Source: Eledone cirrhosa | Taxonomy: Eukaryota | Assembly (NCBI GenBank): GCA_964016885.1 | Contig: OZ024743.1 | Span: 324,632,001-324,696,000, forward strand | Length of the DNA stretch: 64,000 nucleotides | Reading direction: 5' to 3' | Shown: one piece after another, positions 16,961 through 32,410 of the stretch | How positions within the stretch are numbered: the first letter of the stretch is position 1 | Layout: the number at the start of each line of letters is the position of its first letter | The notes under the pieces: model-generated | What the model was told of the DNA's origin: nothing | The model's database searches: none | The model's input: the letters and a program-made list of their open reading frames with translations, nothing else | Program-made: the position numbers and the translations under genes

Positions 16961-19809
16961 CCCACTACCAATATCACAAGTACTACCACCACTACCAATA
17001 CCACAAGTACTACCACCACTACCAATACCACTAGTACTACCACCCACTACCAATATCACAAGTACTACCACCACTACCAATACCACAAGTACTACCACCA
17101 CTACCAATACCACAAGTAGTCCCACCACTACCAATACCACAAGTATTACCACCAATACCAATACCACTAGTACTACCACCACTACCAATACCACAAGTAC
17201 TACCACCACTACCAATACCACAAGTACTACCACCACTACCAATACCACAAGTACTACCACCACTACTAATATCACAAGTACTACCACCACTACCAATACC
17301 ACAAGTACTACCAACACTACAAATATCACAAGTACTACCACCACTACCAATACCACAAGTACTACCAGCACTACCAATATCACAAGTACTACCACAAATA
17401 TCAATACCACAAGTACTACCACCACTACCAATACCACAATTACTACCACCACTACCAATACCACAAGTACTATCACCACTACCAATGCCACAAGTACTAC
17501 CACCACTACCAGTACCAGAAGTACTACCACCACTACCAATAACAAAAGTATCACCACCACTAACAATACCACAAGTACTACCACCACTACCAATACCACA
17601 AGTACTATCACCACTACCAATGCCACAAGTACTATCACCACTACCAATGCCACAAGTACTACCACCACTACCAGTACCACAAGTACTACCACCACTACCA
17701 ATACCACAAGTACTACCACCACTACCAATTCCAGAAGTACTGTCACCAATACCAATGCCACAAGTACTACCACCAACCAGTACCACAAGTACTACCACCA
17801 CTAACAATACCACAAGTACTACAACCACTACCAATATCACAAGTACTACAAACACTACCAATACCACAAGTACTACCACCACTACCAATACCACAAGTAC
17901 TACCACCACTACCAATATCACAAGTACTACCACCACTACCAATACCACTACCAATACCACAAGTACTACCACCACTACCAATACCATAAGTACTACCACC
18001 ACTACCAATACCACTAGTACTACCACCACTACCAATACCACTAGTACTACCACCCACTACCAATATCACAAGTACTACTACCACTACCAATACCACAAGT
18101 ACTACCACCAGTAACAATGCCACAAGTACTACCACCACTACAAGTACTACCACCACTACCAATACCACAAGTACTACCACCACTACCAGTATCACAAGTA
18201 CCACCACCACTACCAATACCACAAGTAGTACCACCACTACCAATAACACAAGTACTACCACCACTACCAATACCACAAGTAGTACCACCACTACCAGTAT
18301 CACAAGTACTACCACCACTACCAATAACACAAGTACTACCACCACTTCCAATACCACAAGTAGTACCACCACTACCAGTATCACAAGTACTACCACCACT
18401 ACCAATAACACAAGTACTACCACCACTACCAATACCACAAGTACAACCACCACTAACAATACCACAAGTACTACCACCACTACCAATACCACTAGTACTA
18501 CCACCACTACCAATACCACTAGTACTACCACCACTACCAATACCACAAGTACTACCACCACTACCAATACCACAAGTACTGCCACCACTACCAATAACAC
18601 AAGTACTACCACCACTAACAATACCACTAGTACTACCACCACTACCAGTACCACAAGTACTACCACCACTACCAATACCACAAGTACTACCACCACTACC
18701 AATACCACAAGTACTACCACCACTACCAATACCACAAGTACTACCACCACTACCAATACCACAAGTACTACTACCACTACCAATACCACAAGTACTACCA
18801 CCACTACCAATACCACAAGTACTACCACCACTACCAATACCACTAGTACTACCACCACTACCAATACCACAAGTACTACCACCACTACCAATACCACAAG
18901 TACTACCACCACTACCAATACCACAAGTACTATCACCACTAACAATACCACAAGTACTACCACCACTACCAATATCACAAGTACTACCACCACTACTAAT
19001 ATCACAAGTACTATCACCACTAACAATACCACAAGTACTACCACCACTACCAATACCACAAGTACTATCACCACTAACAATACCACAAGTACTACCAGCA
19101 CTACCAATACCACAAGTACTACCACCACTACCAATACCACAAGTACTACCACCACTACTAATATCACAAGTACTACCACCACTACAAATACCACAAGTAC
19201 TACCACCACTACAATACCACAAGTACTATCACCACTACCAATGCCACTAGTACTACCACCACTACCAATACCACAAGTACTACCACCACTACCAGTACCA
19301 CAAGTACTACCACCACTACCAATACCACAAGTACTACCACCACTACAATACCACAAGTACTACCACCACTACAAATACCACTAGTACTACCACCACTACC
19401 AATACCACAAGTACTACCACCACTACCAGTACCACAAGTACTACCACCACTACCAATACCACAAGTACTACCACCACTACCAATACCACAAGTACTATCA
19501 CCACTAACAATACCACTAGTACTACCACCACTACCAATACCACAAGTACTACCACCACTACTAATATCACAAGTACTACCACCACTACAAATACCACAAG
19601 TACTACCACCACTACAATACCACAAGTACTATCACCACTACCAATGCCACAAGTACTACCACCACTACCAGTACCACAAGTACTACCACCACTACCAATA
19701 CCACAAGTACTACCACCACTACCAAAACCACAAGTACTATCACCACTACCAATACCACAAGTACTACCACCACTACCAAAATCACAAGTACTACCACCAC
19801 TACCAATAC

Positions 19810-20110
19810 CACTAGTACTACCACCCACTACCTATATTACAAGTACTACCACCACTACCAATACCACAAGTACTACCACCACTACCAATACCACAAGTAC
19901 TATCACCACTAACAATACCACTAGTACTACCACCACTACCAATACCACTAGTACTACCACCCACTACCTATATTACAAGTACTACCACCACTACCAATAC
20001 CACAAGTACTACCACCACTACCAATACCACAAGTACTATCACCACTAACAATACCACTAGTACTACCACCACTACCAATACCACTAGTACTACCACCCAC
20101 TACCTATATC
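19810..20110. repeat. 136-bp tandem sub-repeat (5 monomers + 1 nt), about 2.2 copies
   Basis: CCACCCACTACCTAT starts at 19821, 19957 and 20093, an exact 136-bp spacing. The first two copies share the private variant CCTATATTAC. Confidence 0.9.
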
Positions 20111-23100
20111 ACAAGTACTACCACCGCTACCAATACCCCAAGTACTACCACCACTACCAATACCACAAGTACTACCACCACTACCAATACCACAAGTACT
20201 ACCACCACTACCAATGTCACAAGTACTACCACCACTAACAATACCACTAGTACTACCACCACTACCAATACCACAAGTGCTACCACCACTACTAATATCA
20301 CAAGTACTACTACCACTACCAATACCACAAGTACTACCACCACTACCAATACCACTAGTACTACCACCACTACCAATACCACAAGTACTACCACCACTAC
20401 CAATGCCACAAGTACTACCACCACTACCAATACCACAAGTATTATCACCACTAACAATACCACAAGTACTACCACCACTACCAGTACCACAAGTACTACC
20501 ACCACTACCAATACCACAAGTACTACCACCACTACCAATACCACAAGTACTACCACCACTACCAATACCACAAGTACTACCACCACTACCAATGCCACGA
20601 GTACTACCACCACTACAATACCACAAGTACTATCACCACTACCAATGCCACAAGTACTACCACCACTACCAGTACCACAAGTACTACCACCACTACCAAT
20701 ACCACAAGTACTACCACCACTACCAAAACCACAAGTACTATCACCACTACCAATACCACAAGTACTACCACCACTACCAAAACCACAAGTACTACCACCA
20801 CTACCAATACCACAAGTACTACCACCACTACCAATACCACAAGTAGTACCACCACTAACAATACCACAAGTAGTACCACCACTAACAATACCACAAGTAC
20901 TACAACCACTACCAATATCACAAGTACTACCACCACTACCAATATCACAAGTACTACCAACACTACCAATGTCACAAGTACTACCACCACTAACAATACC
21001 ACTAGTACTACCACCACTACTAATATCACAAGTACTACCACCACTACCAATACCACAAGTACTACCACCACTACCAATATCACAAGTACTACCACCACTA
21101 CCAATACCACAAGTACTACCACCACTACCAATATCACAAGTACTACCACCACTACCAATAGCACAAGTACTACCACCACTACCAATATCACAAGTACTAC
21201 CACCACTACCAATACCACAAGTACTACCACCACTACTAATATCACAAGTACTACCACCACTACAAATACCACAAGTACTACCACCACTACCAAAACCACA
21301 AGTACTATCACCACTACCAATACCACAAGTACTACCACCACTACCAAAACCACAAGTACTACCACCACTACCAGTACCACAAGTACGACCACCACTACCA
21401 ATACCACAAGTACTACCACCACTACCAAAACCACAAGTAATATCACCACTACCAATGTCACAAGTACTACCACCACTACCAATACCACAAGTACTACCAC
21501 CACTACTAATATCACAAGTACTACCACCACTACAAATACCACAAGTACTACCACCACTACCAAAACCACAAGTACTACCACCACTACCAATGTCACAAGT
21601 ACTACCACCACTACCAATACCACAAGTACTACCACCACTACTAATATCACAAGTACTACCACCACTACAAATACCACAAGTACTACCACCACTACCAGTA
21701 CCACAAGTACTACCACCACTACCAATACCACAAGTACTACCACCACTACCAATACCACAAGTACTACCACCACTACCAATACCACAAGTACTACCAACAC
21801 TACCAATACCACAAGTTCTACCACCACTACCAATACCACAAGTACTACCACCACTACCAATATCACAAGTACTACCACCACTACCAATACCACTACCAAT
21901 ACCACAAGTACTACCACCACTACCAATACCATAAGTACTACCACCACTACCAATAACACTAGTACTACCACCCACTACCAATATCACAAGTACTACCACC
22001 ACTACCAATACCACAAGTACTACCACCACTACCAATACCACAAGTAGTCCCAACACTACCAATACCACAAGTATTACCACCAATACCAATACCACTAGTA
22101 CTACCACCACTACCAATACCACAAGTACTACCACCACTACCAATACCACAAGTAATACCACCACTACCAATACCACAAGTACTACCACCACTACCAATAC
22201 CACAATACTACCACCACTACCAATACCACAAGTACTACCACCACTACCAATACCACAAGTAATACCACCACTACCAATACCACAAGTACTACCACCACTA
22301 CCAATATCACAAGTACTACCACAAATATCAATACCACAAGTACTACCACCACTACCAATACCACAAGTACTACCACCACTACCAATACCACAAGTACTAT
22401 CACCACTACCAATGCCACAAGTACTACCACCACTACCAGTACCACAAGTACTACCACCACTACCAATATCACAAGTACTACCACCACTACCAATACCACA
22501 AGTACTACCACCACTACCAATACCACAAGTAGTCCCACCACTACCAATACCTCAAGTATTACCACCAATACCAATACCACTAGTACTACCACCACTAACA
22601 ATACCACAAGTACTACCACCACTACCAATACCACAAGTACTACCACCACTACAAATATCACAAGTACTACCACCACTACCAATACCACAAGTACTACCAC
22701 CACTACCAATACCACAAGTACTATCACCACTACCAATGCCACAAGTACTACCACCACTACCAGTACCACAAGTACTACCACCACTACCAATAACAAAAGT
22801 ACCACCACCACTAACAATACCACAAGTATTACTACCACTAACAATACCACAAGTACTATCACCACTACCAATGCAACAAGTACTATCACCACTACCAGTG
22901 CCACAAGTACTACCACCACTACCAGTACCACAAGTACTACCACCACTACCAATAACAAAAGTACCACCAACACTACCAATACCACAAGTACTACCACCAC
23001 TAACAATGCCACAAGTACTACCACCACTACCAATATCACAAGTACTACGACCAGTACTAATACCACTAGTACTACCACCACTACCAATACCACAAGTGCT

Positions 23101-25219
23101 ACCACCACTAACAATACCACAAGTACTACCACCACTACCAATACCACAAGTACTACCACCACTACCAGTATCACAAGTACCACCACCACTACCAATACCA
23201 CAAGTACTACCACCACTACCAATATCAGAAGTACTACGACCAGTACTAATACCACTAGTACTACCACCACTACCAATACCACAAGTGCTACCACCACTAC
23301 CAATACCACAAGTACTACCACCACTACCAATACCACAAGTACTACCACCACTACTAATATCACAAGTACTACCACCACTACCAATACCACAAGTACTACC
23401 ACCACTACCAATACTACAAGTACTACCACCACTACCAATACCACAAGTACTACCACCACTACCAATGCCACAAGTACTACCACCACTACCAGTACCACAA
23501 GTACTACCACCACTACCAATACCACAAGTACTACCACCACTACCAAAACCACAAGTACTATCACCACTACCAATACCACAAGTACTACCACCACTACCAG
23601 TACCACAAGTACTACCACCACTACCAATACCACAAGTACTACCACCACTACCAAAACCACAAGTACTATCACCACTACCAATACCACAAGTACTACCACC
23701 ACTACCAAAACCACAAGTACTATCACCACTACCAATACCACAAGTACTACCACCACTACCAAAACCACAAGTACTATCACCACTACCAATACCACAAGTA
23801 CTACCACCACTACCAGTACCACAAGTAGTACCACCACTAACAATACCACAAGTAGTACCACCACTAACAATACCACAAGTACTACCACCACTACCAATAC
23901 CACAAGTACTACCACCACTACTAATATCACAAGTACTACCACCACTACCAGTATCACAAGTAACACCACCACTACCAATACCACAAGTACTACCACCACT
24001 ACAAATACCACAAGTACTACCACCACTACTAATATCACAAGTACTACCACCACTACCAATACCACAAGTACTACCACCACTACCAATATCACAAGTACTA
24101 CCACCACTACCAATACCACAAGTACTACCACCACTACAATACCACAAGTACTATCACCACTACCAATACCACAAGTACTACCACCACTACAATACCACAA
24201 GTACTATCACCACTACAAATACCACAAGTACTACCAGCACTACTAATACCACAAGTACTACCACCACTACCAATACCACAAGTAGTACCACCACTAACAA
24301 TACCACAAGTACTACCACCACTACCAATGCCACAAGTACTACCACCACTACCAGTACCACAAGTAGTACCACCACTAACAATACCACAAGTACTACCACC
24401 ACTACCAATGCCACAAGTACTACCACCACTACCAATGCCACAAGTACTACCACCACTAACAATACCACAAGTACTACCACCACTACCAATGCCACAAGTA
24501 GTACCACCACTACCAGTACCACAAGTACTACCACCACTACCAGTACCACAAGTAGTACCACCACTAACAATACCACAAGTACTACCACCACTACCAATGC
24601 CACAAGTACTACCACCACTACCAGTACCACAAGTACTACCACCACTACCAATATCACAAGTACTACCACCACTACCAATACCACTACCAATACCACAAGT
24701 ACTACCACCACTACCAATACCATAAGTACTACCACCACTACCAATACCACTAGTACTACCACCACTACCAATACCACTAGTACTACCACCCACTACCAAT
24801 ATCACAAGTACTACCACCACTACCAATACCACAAGTACTACCACCACTACCAATACCACAAGTAGTCCCACCACTACCAATACCACAAGTATTACCACCA
24901 ATACCAATACCACTAGTACTACCACCACTACCAATACCACAAGTACTACCACCACTACCAATACCACAAGTAATACCACCACTACCAATACCACAAGTAC
25001 TACCACCACTACCAATACCACAAGTACTACCACCACTACCAATACCACAAGTAATACCACCACTACCAATACCACAAGTACTACCACCACTACCAATATC
25101 ACAAGTACTACCACAAATATCAATACCACAAGTACTACCACCACTACCAATACCACAAGTAATACCACCACTACCAATACCACAAGTACTACCACCACTA
25201 CTAATATCACAAGTACTAC

Positions 25220-25860
25220 CACCACTACCAATACCACAAGTACTACCACCATTACAAATATCACAAGTACTACCACCACTACCAATACCACAAGTACTAC
25301 CACCACTACCAATACCACAAGTACTATCACCACTACCAATGCCACAAGTACTACCACCACTACCAGTACCACAAGTACTACCACCACTACCAATAACAAA
25401 AGTACCACCACCACTAACAATACCACAAGTACTACCACCACTACCAATAGCACAAGTACTATCACCACTACCAATGCAACAAGTACTATCACCACTACCA
25501 ATGCCACAAGTACTACCACCACTACCAGTACCACAAGTACTACCACCACTACCAATACCACAAGTACTACCACCATTACAAATATCACAAGTACTACCAC
25601 CACTACCAATACCACAAGTACTACCACCACTACCAATACCACAAGTACTATCACCACTACCAATGCCACAAGTACTACCACCACTACCAGTACCACAAGT
25701 ACTACCACCACTACCAATAACAAAAGTACCACCACCACTAACAATACCACAAGTACTACCACCACTACCAATACCACAAGTACTATCACCACTACCAATG
25801 CAACAAGTTCTACCACCACTACCAGTACCACAAGTACTACCACCACTACCAATACCACAA
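25220..25860. repeat. 324-bp (12-monomer) local tandem duplication
   Basis: The rare variant ATTACAAAT occurs at 25251 and 25575. The same variant order follows in both copies, including AATAACAAAAGT and AATGCAACAAG. Confidence 0.85.
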
Positions 25861-28800
25861 GTACTACCACCACTACCAATACCAGAAGTACTATCACCAC
25901 TACCAATGCCACAAGTACTACCACCACTACCAGTACCACAAGTACTACCACCACTAACAATACCACAAGTACTACAACCACTACCAATATCACAAGTACT
26001 ACAAACACTACCAATATCACAAGTACTACCACCACTACCAATACCACAAGTACTACCACCACTACCAATACCACAAGTACTACCACCACTACTAATATCA
26101 CAAGTACTACCACCACTACCAATAACACAAGTACTACCACCACTACCAATGCCACAAGTACTACCACCACTACCAGTACCACAAGTACTACCACCACTAC
26201 CAATAACAAAAGTACCACCAACACTACCAATACCACAAGTACTACCACCACTAACAATGCCACAAGTACTACCACCACTACCAATATCACAAGTACTACG
26301 ACCAGTACTAATACCACTAGTACTACCACCACTAACAATAATACAAGTACTACCACCACTACCAATACCACAAGTATTACCACCACTACCAGTATCACAA
26401 GTACCACCACCACTACCAATACCACAAGTACTACCACCACTACCAATATCACAAGTACTACGACCAGTACTAATACCACTAGTACTACCACCACTACTAA
26501 TACCACAAGTACAACCACCACTAACAATACCACAAGTACTACCACCACTACCAATACCACTAGTACTACCACCACTACCAATACCACTAGTACTACCACC
26601 ACTACCAATACCACAAGTACTACCACCACTACCAATACCACAAGTACTGCCACCACTACCAATACCACAAGTACTACCACCACTACCAATACCACTAGTA
26701 CTACCACCACTACCAATACCACAAGTACTACCACCACTACCAATACCACAAGGACTACTACCACTACCAATACCACAAGTACCACCACCACTACCAATAC
26801 CACAAGTACTACCACCACTACCAATACCACTAGTACTACCACCACTACCAATACCACAAGTACTACCACCACTACCAATACCACAAGTACTACCACCACG
26901 ACCAATCTCACAAGTACTACCACCACTAACAATACCACTAGTACTACCACAACTACCAATACCACAAGTGCTACCACCACTACTAATATCACAAGTACTA
27001 CCACCACTACCAATACCACAAGTACTACCACCACTACCAATACCACAAGTACTACCACCACTACCAATACCACAAGTACTACCACCACTACCAATACCAC
27101 AAGTACTACCACCACTACCAATACCACAAGTACTACCACCACTACCAATACCACAAGTACTACTACCACTACCAATACCACAAGTTCTACCACCACTACC
27201 AATACCACAAGTACTACCACCACTACCAATACCACTAGTACTACCACCACTACCAATACCACAAGTACTACCACCACTACCAATACCACAAGTACTACCA
27301 CCACTACCAATACCACAAGTACTATCACCACTAACAATACCACAAGTACTACCACCACTACTGATATCACAAGTACTACCACCACTACCAATACCACAAG
27401 TACTACCACCACTACCAATATCACAAGTACTACCACCACTACCAATACCACAAGTACTACCACCACTAACAATACCACAAGTACTACCACCACTACTGAT
27501 ATCACTAGCACTACCACCACTACCAATACCACAAGTACTACCACCACTACCAGTACCACAAGTACTACCACCACTACTAATATCACAAGTACTACCACCA
27601 CTACAAATACCACAAGTACTACCACCACTACCAAAACCACAAGTACTACCACCACTACCAATACCACAAGTACTACCACCACTACCAGTACCACAAGTAC
27701 TACCACCACTAACAATACCACAAGTACTACAACCACTACCAATATCACAAGTACTACCAACACTACCAATACCACAAGTTCTACCACCACTACCAATACC
27801 ACAAGTACTACCACCACTACCAATATCACAAGTACTACCACCACTACCAATACCACTACCAATACCACAAGTACTACCACCACTACCAATACCATAAGTA
27901 CTACCACCACTACCAATACCACTAGTACTACCACCACTACCAATACCACTAGTACTACCACCCACTAACAATATCACAAGTACTACCACCACTACCAATA
28001 CCACAAGTACTACCACCACTACCAATACCACGAGTAGTCCCACCACTACCAATACCACAAGTATTACCACCAATACCAATACCACTAGTACTACCACCAC
28101 TACCAATACCACAAGTACTACCACCACTACCAATAACACAAGTAATACCACCACTACCAATACCACAAGTACTACCACCACTACTAATATCACAAGTTCT
28201 ACCACCACAACCAATACCACAAGTACTACCACCACTACAAATATCACAAGTACTACCAGCACTACCAATATCACAAGTACTACCAGCACTACCAATATCA
28301 CAAGTTCTACCACCAAAACCAATACCACAAGTACCACCACCACTACCAATAGCACAAGTACTACCAGCACTACCAATATCACAAGTACTACCACAAATAT
28401 CAATACCACAGGTACTACCACCACTACCAATACCACAAGTACTACCACCACTACCAATACCACAAGTACTATCACCACTACCAATGCCACAATTACTACC
28501 ACCACTACCAGTACCACAAGTACTACCACCACTACCAATAACAAAAGTACCACCACCACTAACAATACCAGAAGTACTATCACCAATAGCAATGCCACAA
28601 GTACTACCACCACTACCAGTACCACAAGTACTACCACCACTAACAATACCACAAGTACAACCACCACTACCAATACCACAAGTACTACCACCACTACCAA
28701 TACCACAAGTACTATCACCACTACCAATACCACAAGTACTACCACCACTACCAATACCACAAGTACTATCACCACTACCAATACCACAAGTACTACCACC

Positions 28801-30559
28801 ACTACCAATACCACAAGTACTATCACCACTACCAATACCACAAGTACTATCACCACTACCAATGCCACAAGTACTACCACCACTACCAGTACCACAAGTA
28901 CTACCACCACTACCAATACCACAAGTACTACCACCACTACCAATACCAGAAGTACTACCACCACTACCAGTACCACAAGTACTACCACCACTAACAATAA
29001 CACAAGTACTACAACCACTACCAATATCACAAGTACTACAAACACTACCAATATCACAAGTACTGCCACCACTACCAATACCACAAGTACTATCACCACT
29101 ACCAATATCACAAGTACTACCACAACTACCAATACCACTACCAATACCACAAGTACTACCACCACTACCAATACCATAAGTACTACTACCACTACCAATA
29201 CCACTAGTACTACCACCACTACAATACCACAAGTACTATCACCACTACCAATACCACAAGTACTACCACCCACTACCAATATCACAAGTACTACCACCAC
29301 TACCAGTACCACAAGTACTACCACCACTACTAATATCACAAGTACTACCACCACTACCAATACCACAAGTACTACCACCACTACCAATACCACAAGTACT
29401 ACCACCACTACCAATACCACAAGTACTATCACCACTACCAATGCTACAAGTACTACCACCACTACCAATACCACAAGTAGTCCCACCACTACCAATACCA
29501 CAAGTACTACCACCACTACCAATACCACTAGTACTACCACCACTACCAATACCACTAGTACTACCACCACTACAAATACCACAAGTACTACCACCACTAC
29601 CAATACCACAAGTACTACCACCACTACCAATACCACAAGTACTACCACCACTACCAATACCACAAGTACTACTACCACTACCAATACCACAAGTACTACC
29701 ACCACTACCAATACCACAAGTACTACCACCACTACCAATACCACTAGTACTACCACCACTACCAATACCACAAGTACTACCACCACTACCAATACCACAA
29801 GTACTATCACCACTAACAATACCACAAGTACTACCACCACTACCAATACCACAAGTACTATCACCACTACCAATGCCACAAGTACTACCACCACTACAAT
29901 ACCACAAGTACTATCACCACTACCAATGCCACAAGTACTACCACCACTACCAATACCACAAGTACTACCACCACTACCAATATCACAAGTACTACCACCA
30001 CTACCAATACCACAAGTACTACCACCACTACTAATATCACAAGTACTACCACCACTACAAATACCACAAGTACTACCACCACTACAATACCACAAGTACT
30101 ATCACCACTACCAATGCCACAAGTACTACCACCACTACCAGTATCACAAGTACTACCACCACTACCAATACCACAAGTACTACCACCACTACCAAAACCA
30201 CAAGTACTATCACCACTACCAATACCACAAGTACTAACACCACTACCAAAACCACAAGTACTACCACCACTACCAATACCACAAGTACTACCACCACTAC
30301 CAGTACCACAAGTACTACCACCACTAACAATACCACAAGTACTACAACCACTACCAATATCACAAGTACTACCAACACTACCAATACCACAAGTTCTACA
30401 ACCACTACCAATACCACAAGTACTACCACCACTACCAATATCACAAGTACTACCACCACTACCAATACCACTACCACAAGTACTACCACCACTACCAATA
30501 CCATAAGTACTACCACCACTACCAATACCACTAGTACTACCACCACTACCAATACCACT

Positions 30560-32410
30560 AGTACTACCACCCACTACCAATATCACAAGTACTACCACCA
30601 CTACCAATACTACAAGTACTACCACCACTACCAATAACACAAGTAGTCCCACCACTACCAATACCACAAGTATTACCACCAATACCAATACCACTAGTAC
30701 TACCACCACTACCAATAACACAAGTACTACCACCACTACCAATACCACAAGTAATACCACCACTACCAATACCACAAGTACTACCACCACTACTAATATC
30801 ACAAGTACTACCACCACTACCAATACCACAAGTACTACCAGCACTACCAATATCACGAGTACTACCACAAATATCAATACCACAAGTACTACCACCACTA
30901 CCAATACCACAAGTACTACCACCACTACCAATACCAGAAGTACTATCACCAATACCAATGCCACAAGTACTACCACCACTACCAATACCACAAGTACTAC
31001 CACCACTACCAATGCTACAAGTACTACCACCACTACCAATACCACAAGTACTACCACCACTACCAATACCACAAGTACTACCACCACTACCAATACCACA
31101 AGTACTATCACCACTACCAATGCTACAAGTACTACCACCACTACCAATACCACAAGTACTACCACCACTACCAATACCAGAAGTACTATCACCAATACCA
31201 ATGCCACAAGTACTACCACCACTACCAATACCACAAGTACTACCACCACTACCAATGCTACAAGTACTACCACCACTACCAATACCACAAGTACTACCAC
31301 CACTACCAATACCACAAGTACTATCACCACTACCAATGCTACAAGTACTACCACCACTACCAATACCACAAGTACTACCACCACTACCAATACCAGAAGT
31401 ACTATCACCAATACCAATGCCACAAGTACTACCACCACTACCAATACCACAAGTACTACCACCACTACCAATGCTACAAGTACTACCACCACTACCAATA
31501 CCACAAGTACTACCACCACTACCAATACCACAAGTACTATCACCACTACCAATGCTACAAGTACTACCACCACTACCAATACCACAAGTACTACCACCAC
31601 TACCAATACCATAAGTACTACCACCACTACCAATACCACTAGTACTACCACCACTACCAATACCACTAGTACTACCACCCACTACCAATATCACAAGTAC
31701 TACCACCACTACCAATACCACAAGTACTACCACCACTACCAATAACACAAGTAGTCCCACCACTACCAATACCACAAGTATTACCACCAATACCAATACC
31801 ACTAGTACTACCACCACTACCAATAACACAAGTACTACCACCACTACCAATACCACAAGTAATACCACCACTACCAATACCACAAGTACTACCACCACTA
31901 CTAATATCACAAGTACTACCACCACTACCAATACCACAAGTACTACCAGCACTACCAATATCACGAGTACTACCACCAATACCAATGCCACAAGTACTAC
32001 CACCACTACCAATACCACAAGTACTACCACCACTACCAATGCTACAAGTACTACCACCACTACCAATACCACAAGTACTACCACCACTACCAATACCACA
32101 AGTACTATCACCACTACCAATGCTACAAGTACTACCACCACTACCAATACCACAAGTACTACCACCACTACCAATACCAGAAGTACTATCACCAATACCA
32201 ATGCCACAAGTACTACCACCACTACCAATACCACAAGTACTACCACCACTACCAATGCTACAAGTACTACCACCACTACCAATACCACAAGTACTACCAC
32301 CACTACCAATACCAGAAGTACTATCACCAATACCAATGCCACAAGTACTACCACCACTACCAATACCACAAGTACTACCACCACTACCAATGCTACAAGT
32401 ACTGCCACCA
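30560..32410. repeat. About 1.1-kb duplicated block containing 8-9-monomer sub-repeats
   Basis: The +1 markers at 30564 and 31672 (offset 1,108) are followed by the same variant order. ACCAGAAGTACTATCACCAATACCAATGCC recurs at about 30933, 31176, 31392, 32176 and 32311, together with AATGCTACA units. Confidence 0.8.
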
